From NCBI GenBank assembly GCA_038326615.1, contig JBBQKF010000001.1:13472-77471 (forward strand): DNA of 64,000 nt, given 5' to 3'. Positions 48,950 through 58,538 of this stretch are shown piece by piece; within the stretch, counting starts at the first letter, position 1, and each line of letters opens with the position of its first letter. This DNA comes from Saccharofermentanales bacterium (GTDB taxonomy: Bacteria > Bacillota > Clostridia > Saccharofermentanales > UBA5734). The translations under genes were made by a program, and so were the position numbers. Under the pieces are notes generated by a model. That model was not told the DNA's origin and did not search any database. It saw only the letters and a list, made by a program, of their open reading frames with translations.

Positions 48950-49339
48950 ATCTCTTCCTCAATCTCGCCGATAAAAATTCAAGTCATTAATAACGGCGGT
49001 TTTAATGACAATTGGTTTTTCTAATTTATATCATATGAATATTATACTAATTTTGCAGCAAATAAGGAAGAGGAATCTTTTTAGATATTTGAAAATTTGA
49101 AAACTCAATTATGAATTTTTGCAACTTCAATTAAAACCCCTACAATTTTACTATCTATTAACCATATTTTTACTAATATTTCGAAAGAGTCTTGAGTATA
49201 TACTAAATTAAGCAATAAAAATGTTAACCCAATAATACTTGTATTGCAAATTATTAATAGTATTATTACCTAATAATTCTGAATGTTTTGTTACTCATTA
49301 TCAATTTGTATTCATTATTAACTGAATCACACCGAGTAT

Positions 49340-49373
49340 ATTGTCAACCTAATCGTTCTAGGTGGTTGACAAT
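49340..49373. promoter_or_regulatory. BirA-type biotin operator upstream of bioY
   Basis: Perfect inverted repeat ATTGTCAACC, N14, GGTTGACAAT. It resembles the TGTNAACC-N14/15-GGTTNACA BirA site described for Gram-positive biotin regulons and lies about 80 bp upstream of bioY. Confidence 0.6.
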
Positions 49374-49451
49374 GGAGTGAAAATATTATAATATATGAAT
49401 AGTTTGTTTATCAAAATATTAATTTTACGAAAGGAGTGTATGTTTTGACCG

Positions 49452-50099
49452 ATGTCATTTCATACGAAAAACATGGCAAAATTTAAAACCAACTCTAAAT
49501 TATCAATATATTCGATGGCAGTTTGCGCCTTATTTACAGCATTAATTGCTGTTGGTGCATTTATCAAGATCCCATTTCCTAATGTACCATTGACTTTGCA
49601 GACATTGTTCGTTGTGCTCGCAGGGCTTTTGCTAGGAACCAGAAACGCATCAATTTCAGTAGGTCTCTACCTTTTTCTAGGACTTGCTGGCCTTCCTATA
49701 TTTACCAAAGGTGGTGGCATTGGTTATATCTTTCAACCAACTTTTGGATATCTCATTGGATTTCTTGTCGCTACAGCAATAGTTGGTGCGCTTTCAAAAA
49801 AGGTTAAAACTTCAACTTCAACTTCAACTTCAACTTCAACTTCAACTTCAGTTTCCGCGATTTCACTTTATTTTCTAATCAGCTTTGCTGGAATAATTAC
49901 GATTTATCTGTTTGGAATGATTTATATGTATTTTATAATGAATTATTATGTTGGAAAGCCACTTGCATTCTTAAGTATGTTTACTTATACCTTTATTTTC
50001 ATGATCGCTGGAGATGTTTTCAAATGTATAGTTGCAGCTCTTCTTGCACAAAGGCTTATTCCAATATTGAATAGATCGTCAAAATTTAGAGAGGTGTAA
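49452..50099 (+). CDS. bioY: Biotin transporter S component BioY
   Basis: 215 aa. FIKIPFPNVPLTLQTLFVVLAGLLLG and FQPTFGYLIGF blocks. The start could instead be the ATG 7 codons downstream. Confidence 0.9.
   Translation: MSFHTKNMAKFKTNSKLSIYSMAVCALFTALIAVGAFIKIPFPNVPLTLQTLFVVLAGLLLGTRNASISVGLYLFLGLAGLPIFTKGGGIGYIFQPTFGYLIGFLVATAIVGALSKKVKTSTSTSTSTSTSTSVSAISLYFLISFAGIITIYLFGMIYMYFIMNYYVGKPLAFLSMFTYTFIFMIAGDVFKCIVAALLAQRLIPILNRSSKFREV
49809..49850 (+). repeat. In-frame hexanucleotide repeat (ACTTCA)7 encoding (TS)7 inside bioY
   Basis: Counted directly; the protein reads KKVKTSTSTSTSTSTSTSVS. Confidence 0.97.
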
Positions 50100-50140
50100 T
50101 CATTTCGGGAATTGCTATTTTAACCGATGTTTTTTATTAA

Positions 50141-50989
50141 TCACGCATTTTCAATTATCGGAATTACAAATTCATAAATTGCTTTTGCAACTCCTGCATC
50201 TTCATTTGACGAAGTTATGAAATCGGCAATTGCTTTTATATGGTCAACACCATTTTCAGGAACAATTGCATACTTAGCAAAGTCTAGCATTGTTTCATCA
50301 TTGTAATTGTCTCCAAATGCAAAAACATTCTCCCTTACGATATCAAGATATTTCACAAGGAATTCAAGCGCATTTCCTTTTGTACTGCCACTCGGCATGA
50401 CATCAAGTGCATCTAATTGAGATGAAACGGACTCAACTCCTGCAAGGTTAAAAAAGAAATCTTCGTCTTCACTACGCTGATCTGAAACAAGAACTTTAAA
50501 AGCACATTTTTCTCCACCATAAGGCAAATTTGCGAATACTTCCTTGATTGTTTGAGGCAGTATCGAAATTTCTATGCGTTCGTTTTCGGGGACAAGTGAA
50601 TTATAATAATGCATAATTTTTATTTTTTTACTATAAGGTGCATAATATACTTTATCAATCGTATAGATAAAATAATCTATATTCTCCTTTATTGTATATT
50701 CAATTATCCTTTTAAGAATTTCTTTGCAAAAAGTATTCTGATATATTATTTTGTTTTTCTCATAATCAAAAACCATTGAGCCATTGTTTGAAATTACCGG
50801 AAGATTTATATCAAGTTCTTTGCGATATTTTCTGGTCATAAGTTCCGTGCGGCCAGTTGCTAATACAACTCCTATGCCTCTTCTTTTAAGCTCATCGAGT
50901 GCTTCTTTATTTTTATTCGGAATTTCATGATTTGAATCAAGCAGTGTTCCGTCCATATCGAAAACGCAAAGATATTTCATTTTTGTCAT
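50141..50989 (-). CDS. Cof-type HAD-IIB sugar phosphatase
   Basis: 282 aa. DMDGTLL motif I, ATGR, and GDNYNDETML motif IV. Confidence 0.85.
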   Translation of the reverse strand: MTKMKYLCVFDMDGTLLDSNHEIPNKNKEALDELKRRGIGVVLATGRTELMTRKYRKELDINLPVISNNGSMVFDYEKNKIIYQNTFCKEILKRIIEYTIKENIDYFIYTIDKVYYAPYSKKIKIMHYYNSLVPENERIEISILPQTIKEVFANLPYGGEKCAFKVLVSDQRSEDEDFFFNLAGVESVSSQLDALDVMPSGSTKGNALEFLVKYLDIVRENVFAFGDNYNDETMLDFAKYAIVPENGVDHIKAIADFITSSNEDAGVAKAIYEFVIPIIENA

Positions 50990-51204
50990 TAAATTTACCC
51001 TCTATCATAAAAATTATTCATCGATGTATTATAACAAATATTGACAAAATTGCAAAAATATTTTATAGTGTTTCTAAATGGTACTACTATTTAGAATTTA
51101 ACTTATTTGATTGATGAAATATATATTCACACTGAAATGGAGTTTTGAAGATAGTTTTGCTGTAAAATACATATATTGCTATTATTATTTTGGTGTCACT
51201 GTTT

Positions 51205-51436
51205 TTGATGATGTTATTGTTGTTGTTGATGTTATTATTGCTGCTGTTACTATTGTTGTTACTATTATTATTGTTATTATTAAGGTTACTGTTGTTATTA
51301 TTGCTGCTGTTATTATTGTTACTATTATTGTTATTGTTATTATTATTAAGGTTACTGTTGTTATTATTGCTGCTGGTATTATTGTTGTTACTATTATTGT
51401 TATTGTTATTATTATTAATGTTACTGTTGTTTTGCA
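51205..51436. repeat. Triplet-biased (ATT/GTT/GCT) low-complexity tract of about 230 bp with a 66-bp higher-order repeat
   Basis: taaggttactgttgttattattgctgctg occurs at 51281-51309 and 51347-51375, and degenerate copies flank these. Four of the six frames are open across the tract (poly-N/S, poly-L, V/I/T-rich). Confidence 0.9.
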
Positions 51437-51467
51437 ATTCACGAAACTGCATTCAGTAAGAAAGGAT

Positions 51468-52184
51468 ATGATGAACCCGATTGATGCACTAACAGAATTT
51501 GGACTAACCAGACAGGAAGGCTCGATTTATATGATTTTGTATGCTCATGTTGAGCTTACAGGCTATGAAATAGCAAAGCTTGCTGGTATTTCCCGCTCAA
51601 ATGTTTATTCTTCTCTTGCAAACCTTGTTGAAAAGGGCGGTGTGTATCTGATTGAAGGTTCGTCGAATAAATATTCGGCAGTTCCTGTTGATGAATTCTG
51701 TGATAACAAGGTAAGGAAACTTGAGCAAAACAAATTGCACCTTACTAAATTATTAGCATCAAAGCCTGATGATCAGGAAGGATATATAACAATACGTGGC
51801 GAACAACATATAGAAGATAAAATGATTCATATGCTTAAACAAACAACCCAAAGGGTTTATATATCTGTTTCAAGAAAAATCCTCAACCTTGTCGAGCCAT
51901 ATCTCTCCGACTTGATTTGTAAAAATTGTAAAGTTGTTATAATAACTAATACTCCATACGAGCTTACTGGTGCAACAATTTTCAACACGCCAAAAGAAAG
52001 CAATCAAATAAGAGTTATTGTTGATTCAAAAACCGTATTAACAGGGGACCTCGAAAATGGAAACCAGTCGACATGCCTTTTTTCACGAAAATCAAATCTG
52101 GTTGATCTTTTAAAAGAATCAATGCAAAATGAAATTAAACTAATCGAATTAACCAAATCAAAAGTTATTGAACAGAAACAATAA
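51468..52184 (+). CDS. TrmB-family HTH transcriptional regulator
   Basis: LTEFGLTRQEGSIYMILYAHVELTGYEIAKLAGISRSNVYSSLANLVEKG winged-helix region. Start set at ATGATG 51468, after GAAAGGA; the track ORF extends back through the repeat tract to 51111. Confidence 0.7.
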   Translation: MMNPIDALTEFGLTRQEGSIYMILYAHVELTGYEIAKLAGISRSNVYSSLANLVEKGGVYLIEGSSNKYSAVPVDEFCDNKVRKLEQNKLHLTKLLASKPDDQEGYITIRGEQHIEDKMIHMLKQTTQRVYISVSRKILNLVEPYLSDLICKNCKVVIITNTPYELTGATIFNTPKESNQIRVIVDSKTVLTGDLENGNQSTCLFSRKSNLVDLLKESMQNEIKLIELTKSKVIEQKQ

Positions 52185-52373
52185 AATAAAAATATCACTA
52201 TAATCAGAGCTAAATATATTGAAGTAAAAGAACAAGAACTATTAAGAATTAGGTTAAGGATATAAATAATAATTGACAAAAAAGAATGAGAATTATTATG
52301 AATACTAATAATTCTAGAGACAAAAGAAAAGAGTCAGAAAATTGATTAGTTCTTAGGATAAATTGAATAATGA

Positions 52374-52412
52374 AAAAATAGATACTAAAAATAGATACTA
52401 AAAATAGATACT
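52374..52412. repeat. 13-bp tandem repeat x3 (aaaaatagatact) upstream of the lysA-like gene
   Basis: Three exact copies, counted directly; they end 50 bp before the ATG at 52463. Confidence 0.95.
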
Positions 52413-52462
52413 GAAAAAAGAAACACAAAATTTATCACTAAAGTCAGAAAGCGAGAAATCAT

Positions 52463-53722
52463 ATGAAAAAACCATTTGTAACAAATACTCAAGCAGAAGA
52501 AATAGCATCACAGTTTCCCACACCATTTCACCTTTATGATGAAAAAGGCATAAGAGAAAACGCACGAAAATTGAAAAAAGCTTTTTCCTGGAATAAAGGG
52601 TTCAAAGAGTATTTTGCTGTAAAGGCGACACCGAATCCATTTATTTTAAAAATTCTTGAAGAAGAAGGATGCGGGATGGACTGCTCTTCACTTACTGAGC
52701 TTATGATGTCTGAATCTGTTGGAATAACTGGTGAAAAAATTATGTTTTCATCTAATGTTACACCAGCTGAAGATTTTGTACTTGCAAGAAAACTTAATGC
52801 AATAATCAATTTAGATGATATAACTCACATTGACTTTTTAGAAAAAGCAGCAGGTATTCCAGAAAAAGTTTCATGTAGATACAATCCTGGCGGGGCCTTC
52901 GCAATTGACAATTCAATTATGGATACTCCTGGCGAGGCAAAATACGGATTCACAAGAGCTCAAATGACTGAAGGATTTAAAACCCTTATGAAAAAAGGCG
53001 TTAAGGAGTTCGGAATTCATGCTTTTCTCGCAAGTAATACCGTTGCAAATGAATATTATCCTGTTCTTGCAAGAATTTTGTTCGAAACAGCAGTTGAACT
53101 TCGCAGCGAAACAGGTGCTAAAATTACATTTATCAACCTTTCTGGTGGTGTAGGTATCCCATACCGACCAGAGCAACATGCAACAGATATAATGGCAATC
53201 GGTGAAGGTGTTAAACAAGCATTTGAAGAGGTTTTGGTTCCTGTCGGAATGGGCGATATTTCAATATTTACAGAACTTGGACGTTTCATGCTTGCACCAT
53301 ATGGTTGTCTTATTACAAGAGCAATTCATGAAAAACATATTTACAAAGAATACATTGGTGTCGACGCTTGTGCCGCTGACCTTATGAGACCTGCAATGTA
53401 CGGCTCATATCACCACATAACTATTTTGGGAAAAGAAAATGCCTCACCAGACTATACGTACGATGTTACTGGCGGATTGTGTGAAAACAACGACAAATTT
53501 GCAATAAATAGGCACCTGCCAAAAATAGACATTGGAGATTTAATTTATATACACGATACCGGTGCGCATGGATATGCAATGGGTTATAACTATAACGGCA
53601 AGCTGAGATCTAGCGAAATACTATTGTGTGAAGATGGAAGTCCTAAAATGATACGTCGTGCAGAAAAGCCATCTGATTATTTTGCAACCTTTGATTTTAC
53701 TAATCTTTTTGAAAAATACTAA
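52463..53722 (+). CDS. lysA: PLP-dependent Orn/DAP/Arg decarboxylase family 2 enzyme, diaminopimelate decarboxylase-like
   Basis: 419 aa. FAVKATPNP (PLP lysine), GMDCSS, and GGLCENND...HDTGAHG. Substrate (DAP versus a polyamine precursor) is not provable from the sequence alone. Confidence 0.7.
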   Translation: MKKPFVTNTQAEEIASQFPTPFHLYDEKGIRENARKLKKAFSWNKGFKEYFAVKATPNPFILKILEEEGCGMDCSSLTELMMSESVGITGEKIMFSSNVTPAEDFVLARKLNAIINLDDITHIDFLEKAAGIPEKVSCRYNPGGAFAIDNSIMDTPGEAKYGFTRAQMTEGFKTLMKKGVKEFGIHAFLASNTVANEYYPVLARILFETAVELRSETGAKITFINLSGGVGIPYRPEQHATDIMAIGEGVKQAFEEVLVPVGMGDISIFTELGRFMLAPYGCLITRAIHEKHIYKEYIGVDACAADLMRPAMYGSYHHITILGKENASPDYTYDVTGGLCENNDKFAINRHLPKIDIGDLIYIHDTGAHGYAMGYNYNGKLRSSEILLCEDGSPKMIRRAEKPSDYFATFDFTNLFEKY

Positions 53723-53865
53723 AAAGCCGATAATTTGATTTTAAAAATTAATTATGAAAATTGTTTTGTGATTTATGGTGGAGCTATTTTATGATTTACT
53801 TTAAGAATGTTCTTAATAATTCATAATGAATTTTCAAAAAACCAATGAAAAACTGTAAAAACTAT

Positions 53866-53901
53866 AAAAACACCGCTTTAAAATAAAAGGGCGGTGTTTT
53901 T
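53866..53901. terminator. Bidirectional intrinsic terminator between the lysA-like gene and tdk
   Basis: aaaaacaccgc ... gcggtgttttt: a GC-containing stem flanked by an A5 run and a T5 run. Confidence 0.6.
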
Positions 53902-53958
53902 ATATGTTCATAAATTATTTTTTAATCCAATCTACTTTTAGAAATTAGAAATATTTCA

Positions 53959-54531
53959 TTATTTTGGTTGCGATGTCTCCTTGAGCTGGCCTCTGCTCCA
54001 ATGTTTACGACAAAGCCCTATATAATTGTTGTTTGCCCCAAGAACAATTTGTGCGCCTTCTTTAAGAACAGTTCCGTTTTCGTCAAAACGAGTATTAAAT
54101 GTAGCTTTTTTGCCACACCAACAAATTGTTTTCACCTCTTCGATGGTATCGGCCATTGCAAGAAGTCGTTCAGAGCCAGGAAATAGTTCTCCCCTAAAAT
54201 CAGCTCTTAAACCATAACAAATAACTGGAACGTTAAAGTCGTCAACGATTCTTACAAGATAGTCAACTTGCTCTCTTGTCAAAAATTGTGATTCATCGAC
54301 TATTATACAATGATTGTCCTTTGCTAATTCATCATTTAAATCCTCAAACAAAACGCACTCGTTTTTTAATCCAATTCTTGATCCAAGAATTCTTTCACCG
54401 TCGCGTTTATCAACATCAGGTTTTACCAAAAGTGCTTTTTGTCCACGCTCCTCATAATTATATTTAACCATCAACGCGTTCGCAGTTTTGCCTGACCCCA
54501 TTGCTCCGTACCTGAAATATAGTTTTGCCAT
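53959..54531 (-). CDS. tdk: Thymidine kinase
   Basis: 190 aa. GAMGSGKT P-loop, VDESQFL, and the zinc ribbon C.C...C..H. Confidence 0.95.
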   Translation of the reverse strand: MAKLYFRYGAMGSGKTANALMVKYNYEERGQKALLVKPDVDKRDGERILGSRIGLKNECVLFEDLNDELAKDNHCIIVDESQFLTREQVDYLVRIVDDFNVPVICYGLRADFRGELFPGSERLLAMADTIEEVKTICWCGKKATFNTRFDENGTVLKEGAQIVLGANNNYIGLCRKHWSRGQLKETSQPK

Positions 54532-54587
54532 TTATCGTTCTCCGATTCAAATTTGTATTATTTCACATTTCATAAATCAGGTATTGA

Positions 54588-54971
54588 TTAATCTTTAGAA
54601 AACAAATTTTTAATTACAGTGACAACACTTTGAACTAGATTTGTTATAAATGATATTTTTGAAAAAATACTGCCGTCATTAGAATCAGACGACCCAAAAA
54701 CATCACCGACACCATCAACAAGAGCACCGGCTGATTCTGTTATTTCAGCCACATTTTTGCTTGTAATAGAAACATTTTCAACTATTTCTGGTAAAAAAGC
54801 AATTGAATCTGATACTGGTTTGCTTGTTTTATCAATGAAATCGTTGAACTTACCAAGCATTTTAATAATCCTTATTAGGCATATGATTAATAATACCATA
54901 ACTGATATTCCTGCTATAATCAAAAGTGCAATCAGCAAATCATAAAGAGTAATAGTAATTGGTGTATTCAT
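54588..54971 (-). CDS. DUF948-type membrane-anchored stress protein
   Basis: 127 aa. An N-terminal TM helix followed by a helical region; paired with a YtxH-like gene as in many Firmicutes. Confidence 0.65.
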   Translation of the reverse strand: MNTPITITLYDLLIALLIIAGISVMVLLIICLIRIIKMLGKFNDFIDKTSKPVSDSIAFLPEIVENVSITSKNVAEITESAGALVDGVGDVFGSSDSNDGSIFSKISFITNLVQSVVTVIKNLFSKD

Positions 54972-55062
54972 ATTGATTCTCTCCTTTTTTGTAATTTAGC
55001 CAGCAACATAATTTATCACGTTACTGGCTATTTTTCATTAGTTATTCTTATTACAATAAATT

Positions 55063-55533
55063 CTATTCTTCAGGGGCAACAATTTCTTCACTAGTTTCTT
55101 TAACTATTGTAACCGTGGCTTTTTTTACCTTAGCATTTTTTACTTCATCTGGTTTTTCGTCTTTAATGTCAGATGACTTTTCTTTGGTTTTTGACAATAA
55201 TTTCTCTTTTTGTTCCTTGATAGCCTCAATTGTTTCTTCTGCCTTTGCTTTGATCACTTCTGTTGCTTTCTCAGCCTTTTCCTTAACAATTTCGGTTGCC
55301 TTCTCTGCCTTATCCTTGATGTCTTTCCTTGTCTCTTTGCCTGGTTTAGGTGCAAAAAGCAGTCCTGCAGCTGCTCCAATGGCAACACCAGCAGCTATTC
55401 CGGCAGCTAAATTGGCTCCAGATTTTCTTTGTGCTGCTTTCTTTGCGCGATGGGTTGTAATAACTGGCAAAATATCCACAAGCTTCTTCTCGGCCTTTTT
55501 CAAATTTTTCTTTTGTTGTCTTAATCCTGTCAT
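55063..55533 (-). CDS. YtxH-family general stress protein
   Basis: GAAAGLLFAPKPGKETRKDIKDKAEKATE signature followed by Lys/Glu-rich repeats. Confidence 0.75.
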   Translation of the reverse strand: MTGLRQQKKNLKKAEKKLVDILPVITTHRAKKAAQRKSGANLAAGIAAGVAIGAAAGLLFAPKPGKETRKDIKDKAEKATEIVKEKAEKATEVIKAKAEETIEAIKEQKEKLLSKTKEKSSDIKDEKPDEVKNAKVKKATVTIVKETSEEIVAPEE

Positions 55534-55672
55534 GAAAATTCCTCCTTTTGAAACCTATAAAGTTAGTGCTTAATCTACAATGTCTATTATACCACTTTTA
55601 CAATAAATAAACTACTAAGATGATTTATTCGAAATTAATTTATAATAAAATATTTTCATGTGTTTGTCTCGT

Positions 55673-56392
55673 TTATTCTTGATTTTCATTTGCTCTCAAA
55701 ATATTGTCTTCCATACTAAGGTCATTTATAACGCTTTGGAAGTCAATTCCTTTAGGCAATATAATTGTATAGTTACAACGCATCGTAGATTTGTTGTTAT
55801 ATATTATTTCATCAAGCTCATCCATGAATTCAATATTTCTAATTATAATTCCCTTTTGCGCAAAATATTCAAAAATAAATGTCATTGTTTCTTTTTTGTT
55901 TTGGAAAATAACCTCAACATTTTTTAAACTTCCACGATGCTGAAACTTTCCCTGAAAAAATTTCAAAATAGAAAGAATAATCATAACAAGAGCAATGGAT
56001 ATGATACTTATTTTATAATAACCCATGCCTATTCCAAGACCAACACATGCTACCAACCAAAGAGTGGCTGCGGTCGTAAGCCCCTTGATTGAACCTTTTG
56101 TTCGCATAATTGTGCCTGCTCCCAAAAACCCAATACCGCTTATAACCTGTGCTCCTAATCTACCATAATCTGTTCTTAAAACATCCACAAGTTTGGGGTC
56201 TCTTGCAATCTGTGCAATAACATCTTGTATCATTTCAATTTGAATTAGGGATATAATTGTAGCTCCCATACACACAAGCACATGAGTCTTAATTCCTGCT
56301 GGTCTGTGATGACGTTCACGCTCTAACCCTACGACAAATCCAATAAGAATAGCGAGTCCAAGCCTGATCAAAATTTCGTATGTACCCAACAT
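55673..56392 (-). CDS. mgtC: MgtC/SapB family membrane protein
   Basis: 239 aa. GLERE.....AGI.TH N-terminal motif, hydrophobic N-terminal half and soluble C-terminal domain. Confidence 0.85.
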   Translation of the reverse strand: MLGTYEILIRLGLAILIGFVVGLERERHHRPAGIKTHVLVCMGATIISLIQIEMIQDVIAQIARDPKLVDVLRTDYGRLGAQVISGIGFLGAGTIMRTKGSIKGLTTAATLWLVACVGLGIGMGYYKISIISIALVMIILSILKFFQGKFQHRGSLKNVEVIFQNKKETMTFIFEYFAQKGIIIRNIEFMDELDEIIYNNKSTMRCNYTIILPKGIDFQSVINDLSMEDNILRANENQE

Positions 56393-56439
56393 TTAATAAT
56401 TTGTATGATTTGGAATTTCCAAAACCATACTCCCCCCTT

Positions 56440-56931
56440 CTAATCCACTTTAGTCAGAATTGCAAAAGATGCATTCGAGGCAGATAAAAGGTCATTTGGA
56501 CTTAAAGTCATTTGAAGACCTACTTTGCCAGCACTAACAGTTATTTGTTCTAGGGCAGCTGCTTGTTTAGATACAGCTGTCTTGTAAACTTTTTTCATTC
56601 CAACAGGTGAGCAACCGCCTTTAATATACCCTGTTACATTAGTTATATCTTTTACAGGTATCATTTCGAGACTTTTTTCGTTAAAATGACGGGCTGCGAG
56701 TTTAAGGTCAAGTTCTAGAGCAACAGGAATTATACAAACATAGTATTGCTTGCTTACACCTTGTAAAACTAGTGTTTTATAGACTGTATCTGGGATAAGT
56801 CCAATAACTTTTGCAACAGAAACGCCATCAAGAAATCCCTCCGGCGCAATATAAGTGTGGGTTTCGTAAGTTATTTTCATGAAATCCAAAATTCTTTGTG
56901 CGTTTGTCTTAATAGCCTTGTCTTTTGACAT
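56440..56931 (-). CDS. ybaK: Cys-tRNA(Pro)/Cys-tRNA(Cys) deacylase YbaK/EbsC
   Basis: KTLVLQG... and TGYIKGGCSPVGMKK blocks. Start set at the ATG at 56931 (MSKDKAIKT), after GGAGGA. Confidence 0.85.
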   Translation of the reverse strand: MSKDKAIKTNAQRILDFMKITYETHTYIAPEGFLDGVSVAKVIGLIPDTVYKTLVLQGVSKQYYVCIIPVALELDLKLAARHFNEKSLEMIPVKDITNVTGYIKGGCSPVGMKKVYKTAVSKQAAALEQITVSAGKVGLQMTLSPNDLLSASNASFAILTKVD

Positions 56932-57086
56932 GTTTTCCTCCAGATTCATATATCTAATAGTGTTTATGAATTTATGGGGCAATATATTTCGCAAATATAG
57001 CTGCAATTCAATATTATTCGAACTGAATAATAAGGATTATACCAAAAGGCGGCAAAAATTGCCAAAGATAATGGTTTTACACATCT

Positions 57087-57956
57087 TTATACATTTCCAA
57101 TATAGACATATTTTAAGTATTTTTTTGCAATTAACGCAAGACTGTTTAGAGTCTCTATTGGTGTGGATTCCATGTCAGACCATTTGTATTGCGGGAAAAA
57201 TCGAGTCAGATGCAGTGGTATATCTGGGGATACATAAGCGATAAATTTAGCCATTTCTTCAATTTCTTCATAGCTGTCGTTTTTACCAGGAATTACTAAT
57301 GTCGAAATTTCTACATGGCATTTTTTTTTGCTTATACATATTGTTTCCTTAACTTCATCGAGACCCCCTGCCAGGACTTTTCTATAAAACTCATGCGAAA
57401 ACGACTTAAGATCGATGTTCATTGCATCTATAAACGGAAGGAGCTCGTGAAGAGGTTTTTTGTTAATATATCCATTTGTTACAAGTACATTCATTAGTCC
57501 TGCTTTTTTTGCAAGCCTGGCAGTATCTATTACATATTCATACCAGATTAAGGGTTCATTATAAGTGTATGCTATGCCAATATTTCCTTCTGGCATTAAA
57601 TCTATTGCTTTCCTGACAAGATTATCACTCCTGACAAAATTTGTTCTTACTTTTTCAAATGGCTCTTTTGAAATATTATGATTCTGACAAAAAGGGCACG
57701 CTAAATTGCAACCTGCAGAACCCACAGATAAAATCATACTTCCAGGATGAAAATGTTTTAATGGCTTTTTTTCGATAGGGTCTAAAGCCAATGAAGATAT
57801 TTCGCCATATGATGAAGCTATAAGAACTCCATTGTGATTTATTCTAACTCCACACAACCCACTTTCTCCAGAATTAATTCTGCAATTATGTGGGCACAAA
57901 TCACACTTAACAGTTTTCGAATCCGATATAGGAAGGTAAAACTCTGCTTCTTTCAT
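57087..57956 (-). CDS. AmmeMemoRadiSam-system radical SAM enzyme
   Basis: 289 aa. An N-terminal extra Cys cluster (CDLCPHNCRI..G..G.CGVR), CNLACPFCQN (CxxxCxxC), and adjacency to an AMMECR1 gene. Confidence 0.85.
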   Translation of the reverse strand: MKEAEFYLPISDSKTVKCDLCPHNCRINSGESGLCGVRINHNGVLIASSYGEISSLALDPIEKKPLKHFHPGSMILSVGSAGCNLACPFCQNHNISKEPFEKVRTNFVRSDNLVRKAIDLMPEGNIGIAYTYNEPLIWYEYVIDTARLAKKAGLMNVLVTNGYINKKPLHELLPFIDAMNIDLKSFSHEFYRKVLAGGLDEVKETICISKKKCHVEISTLVIPGKNDSYEEIEEMAKFIAYVSPDIPLHLTRFFPQYKWSDMESTPIETLNSLALIAKKYLKYVYIGNV

Positions 57957-57974
57957 AATTAGAATATCTCCTTT

Positions 57975-58538
57975 TTAGTGGTATCTTATAACTTCAAATC
58001 TTTCCATCTCATAAGACTCATTAGGAGAAATCCCAGCCTTACATAAAGCTATTTCAACTTGCTCTTCAGGAGAATTAACACCTTCTAAGTCAGGAAGCAA
58101 AAGCCCTCTTCTGTAACCCTTGCTAACAATCACACCATATTTTTTAATATCAAGTTCACCCATTACATGGATTCTTTCAGGTGACATTAATACATCCACT
58201 GAATATACAAGGTAATCAAGATCAGCAGCAATAACGGCCTCAAATCTAGGGTCACGGGTACCAGATTGGATTGCATTAAAAATTATTTCTTCAGCAACAT
58301 TTCTTTGTGTAGGTGCGATTGTTCCAATGCATCCTCTTAGCTGTCCACCCTCCTTTATTGAGACAAATGTACCAGCCTGATAATCAGATAATTTGAATGG
58401 GACCCATTCTGGTATAGTAATTCGTCTTCTTTCTCTTACATAAACTTCAAGAGCTTCGCGTGCAAGTGAAACATAATCACTTTCTGATTCTCTGATATTC
58501 TCAATAAAATTTTTGTCATGATAAGAAAATGTTTTCAT
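57975..58538 (-). CDS. AMMECR1-domain protein (AmmeMemoRadiSam protein A)
   Basis: GAFVSIKEGGQLRGCIGT...DPRF...LLP pattern (here GTFVSIKEGGQLRGCIGTI, RDPRFEAV, RRGLLLPD). Start set at the ATG at 58538, after AAGGAG. Confidence 0.85.
   Translation of the reverse strand: MKTFSYHDKNFIENIRESESDYVSLAREALEVYVRERRRITIPEWVPFKLSDYQAGTFVSIKEGGQLRGCIGTIAPTQRNVAEEIIFNAIQSGTRDPRFEAVIAADLDYLVYSVDVLMSPERIHVMGELDIKKYGVIVSKGYRRGLLLPDLEGVNSPEEQVEIALCKAGISPNESYEMERFEVIRYH

Noticed and set aside
51087-51452. 121-aa Asn/Ser-rich ORF (minus strand), with the overlapping poly-Leu ORF (51190-51459, plus) and T/I-rich ORF (51185-51442, minus)
   Set aside because: All of them are by-products of a stop-free triplet repeat. 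No purine-rich RBS precedes the ATG at 51452, and the non-repeat C-terminal part looks like translated AT-rich spacer. Kept as a finding because of the tract itself, but not called as a CDS.
51111-51467. The long form of the TrmB-regulator ORF, starting at 51111 and reading through the repeat tract
   Set aside because: The extension is V/I/T low-complexity translated from the repeat. A proper GAAAGGA-ATG start exists at 51468, exactly where the conserved winged-helix domain begins.
52185-52462. Lysine riboswitch (L-box) expected upstream of a lysA-like gene
   Set aside because: I could not find the conserved G-rich L-box core or a terminator/antiterminator pair. The leader is AT-rich with only a 13-bp x3 repeat.
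54972-55062. Hairpin agccagcaac/gttactggct between the YtxH and DUF948 genes, considered as a terminator
   Set aside because: The T-run follows the stem only on the plus strand, while both flanking genes are on the minus strand. The stem also has a mismatch. This is not enough support to call it.
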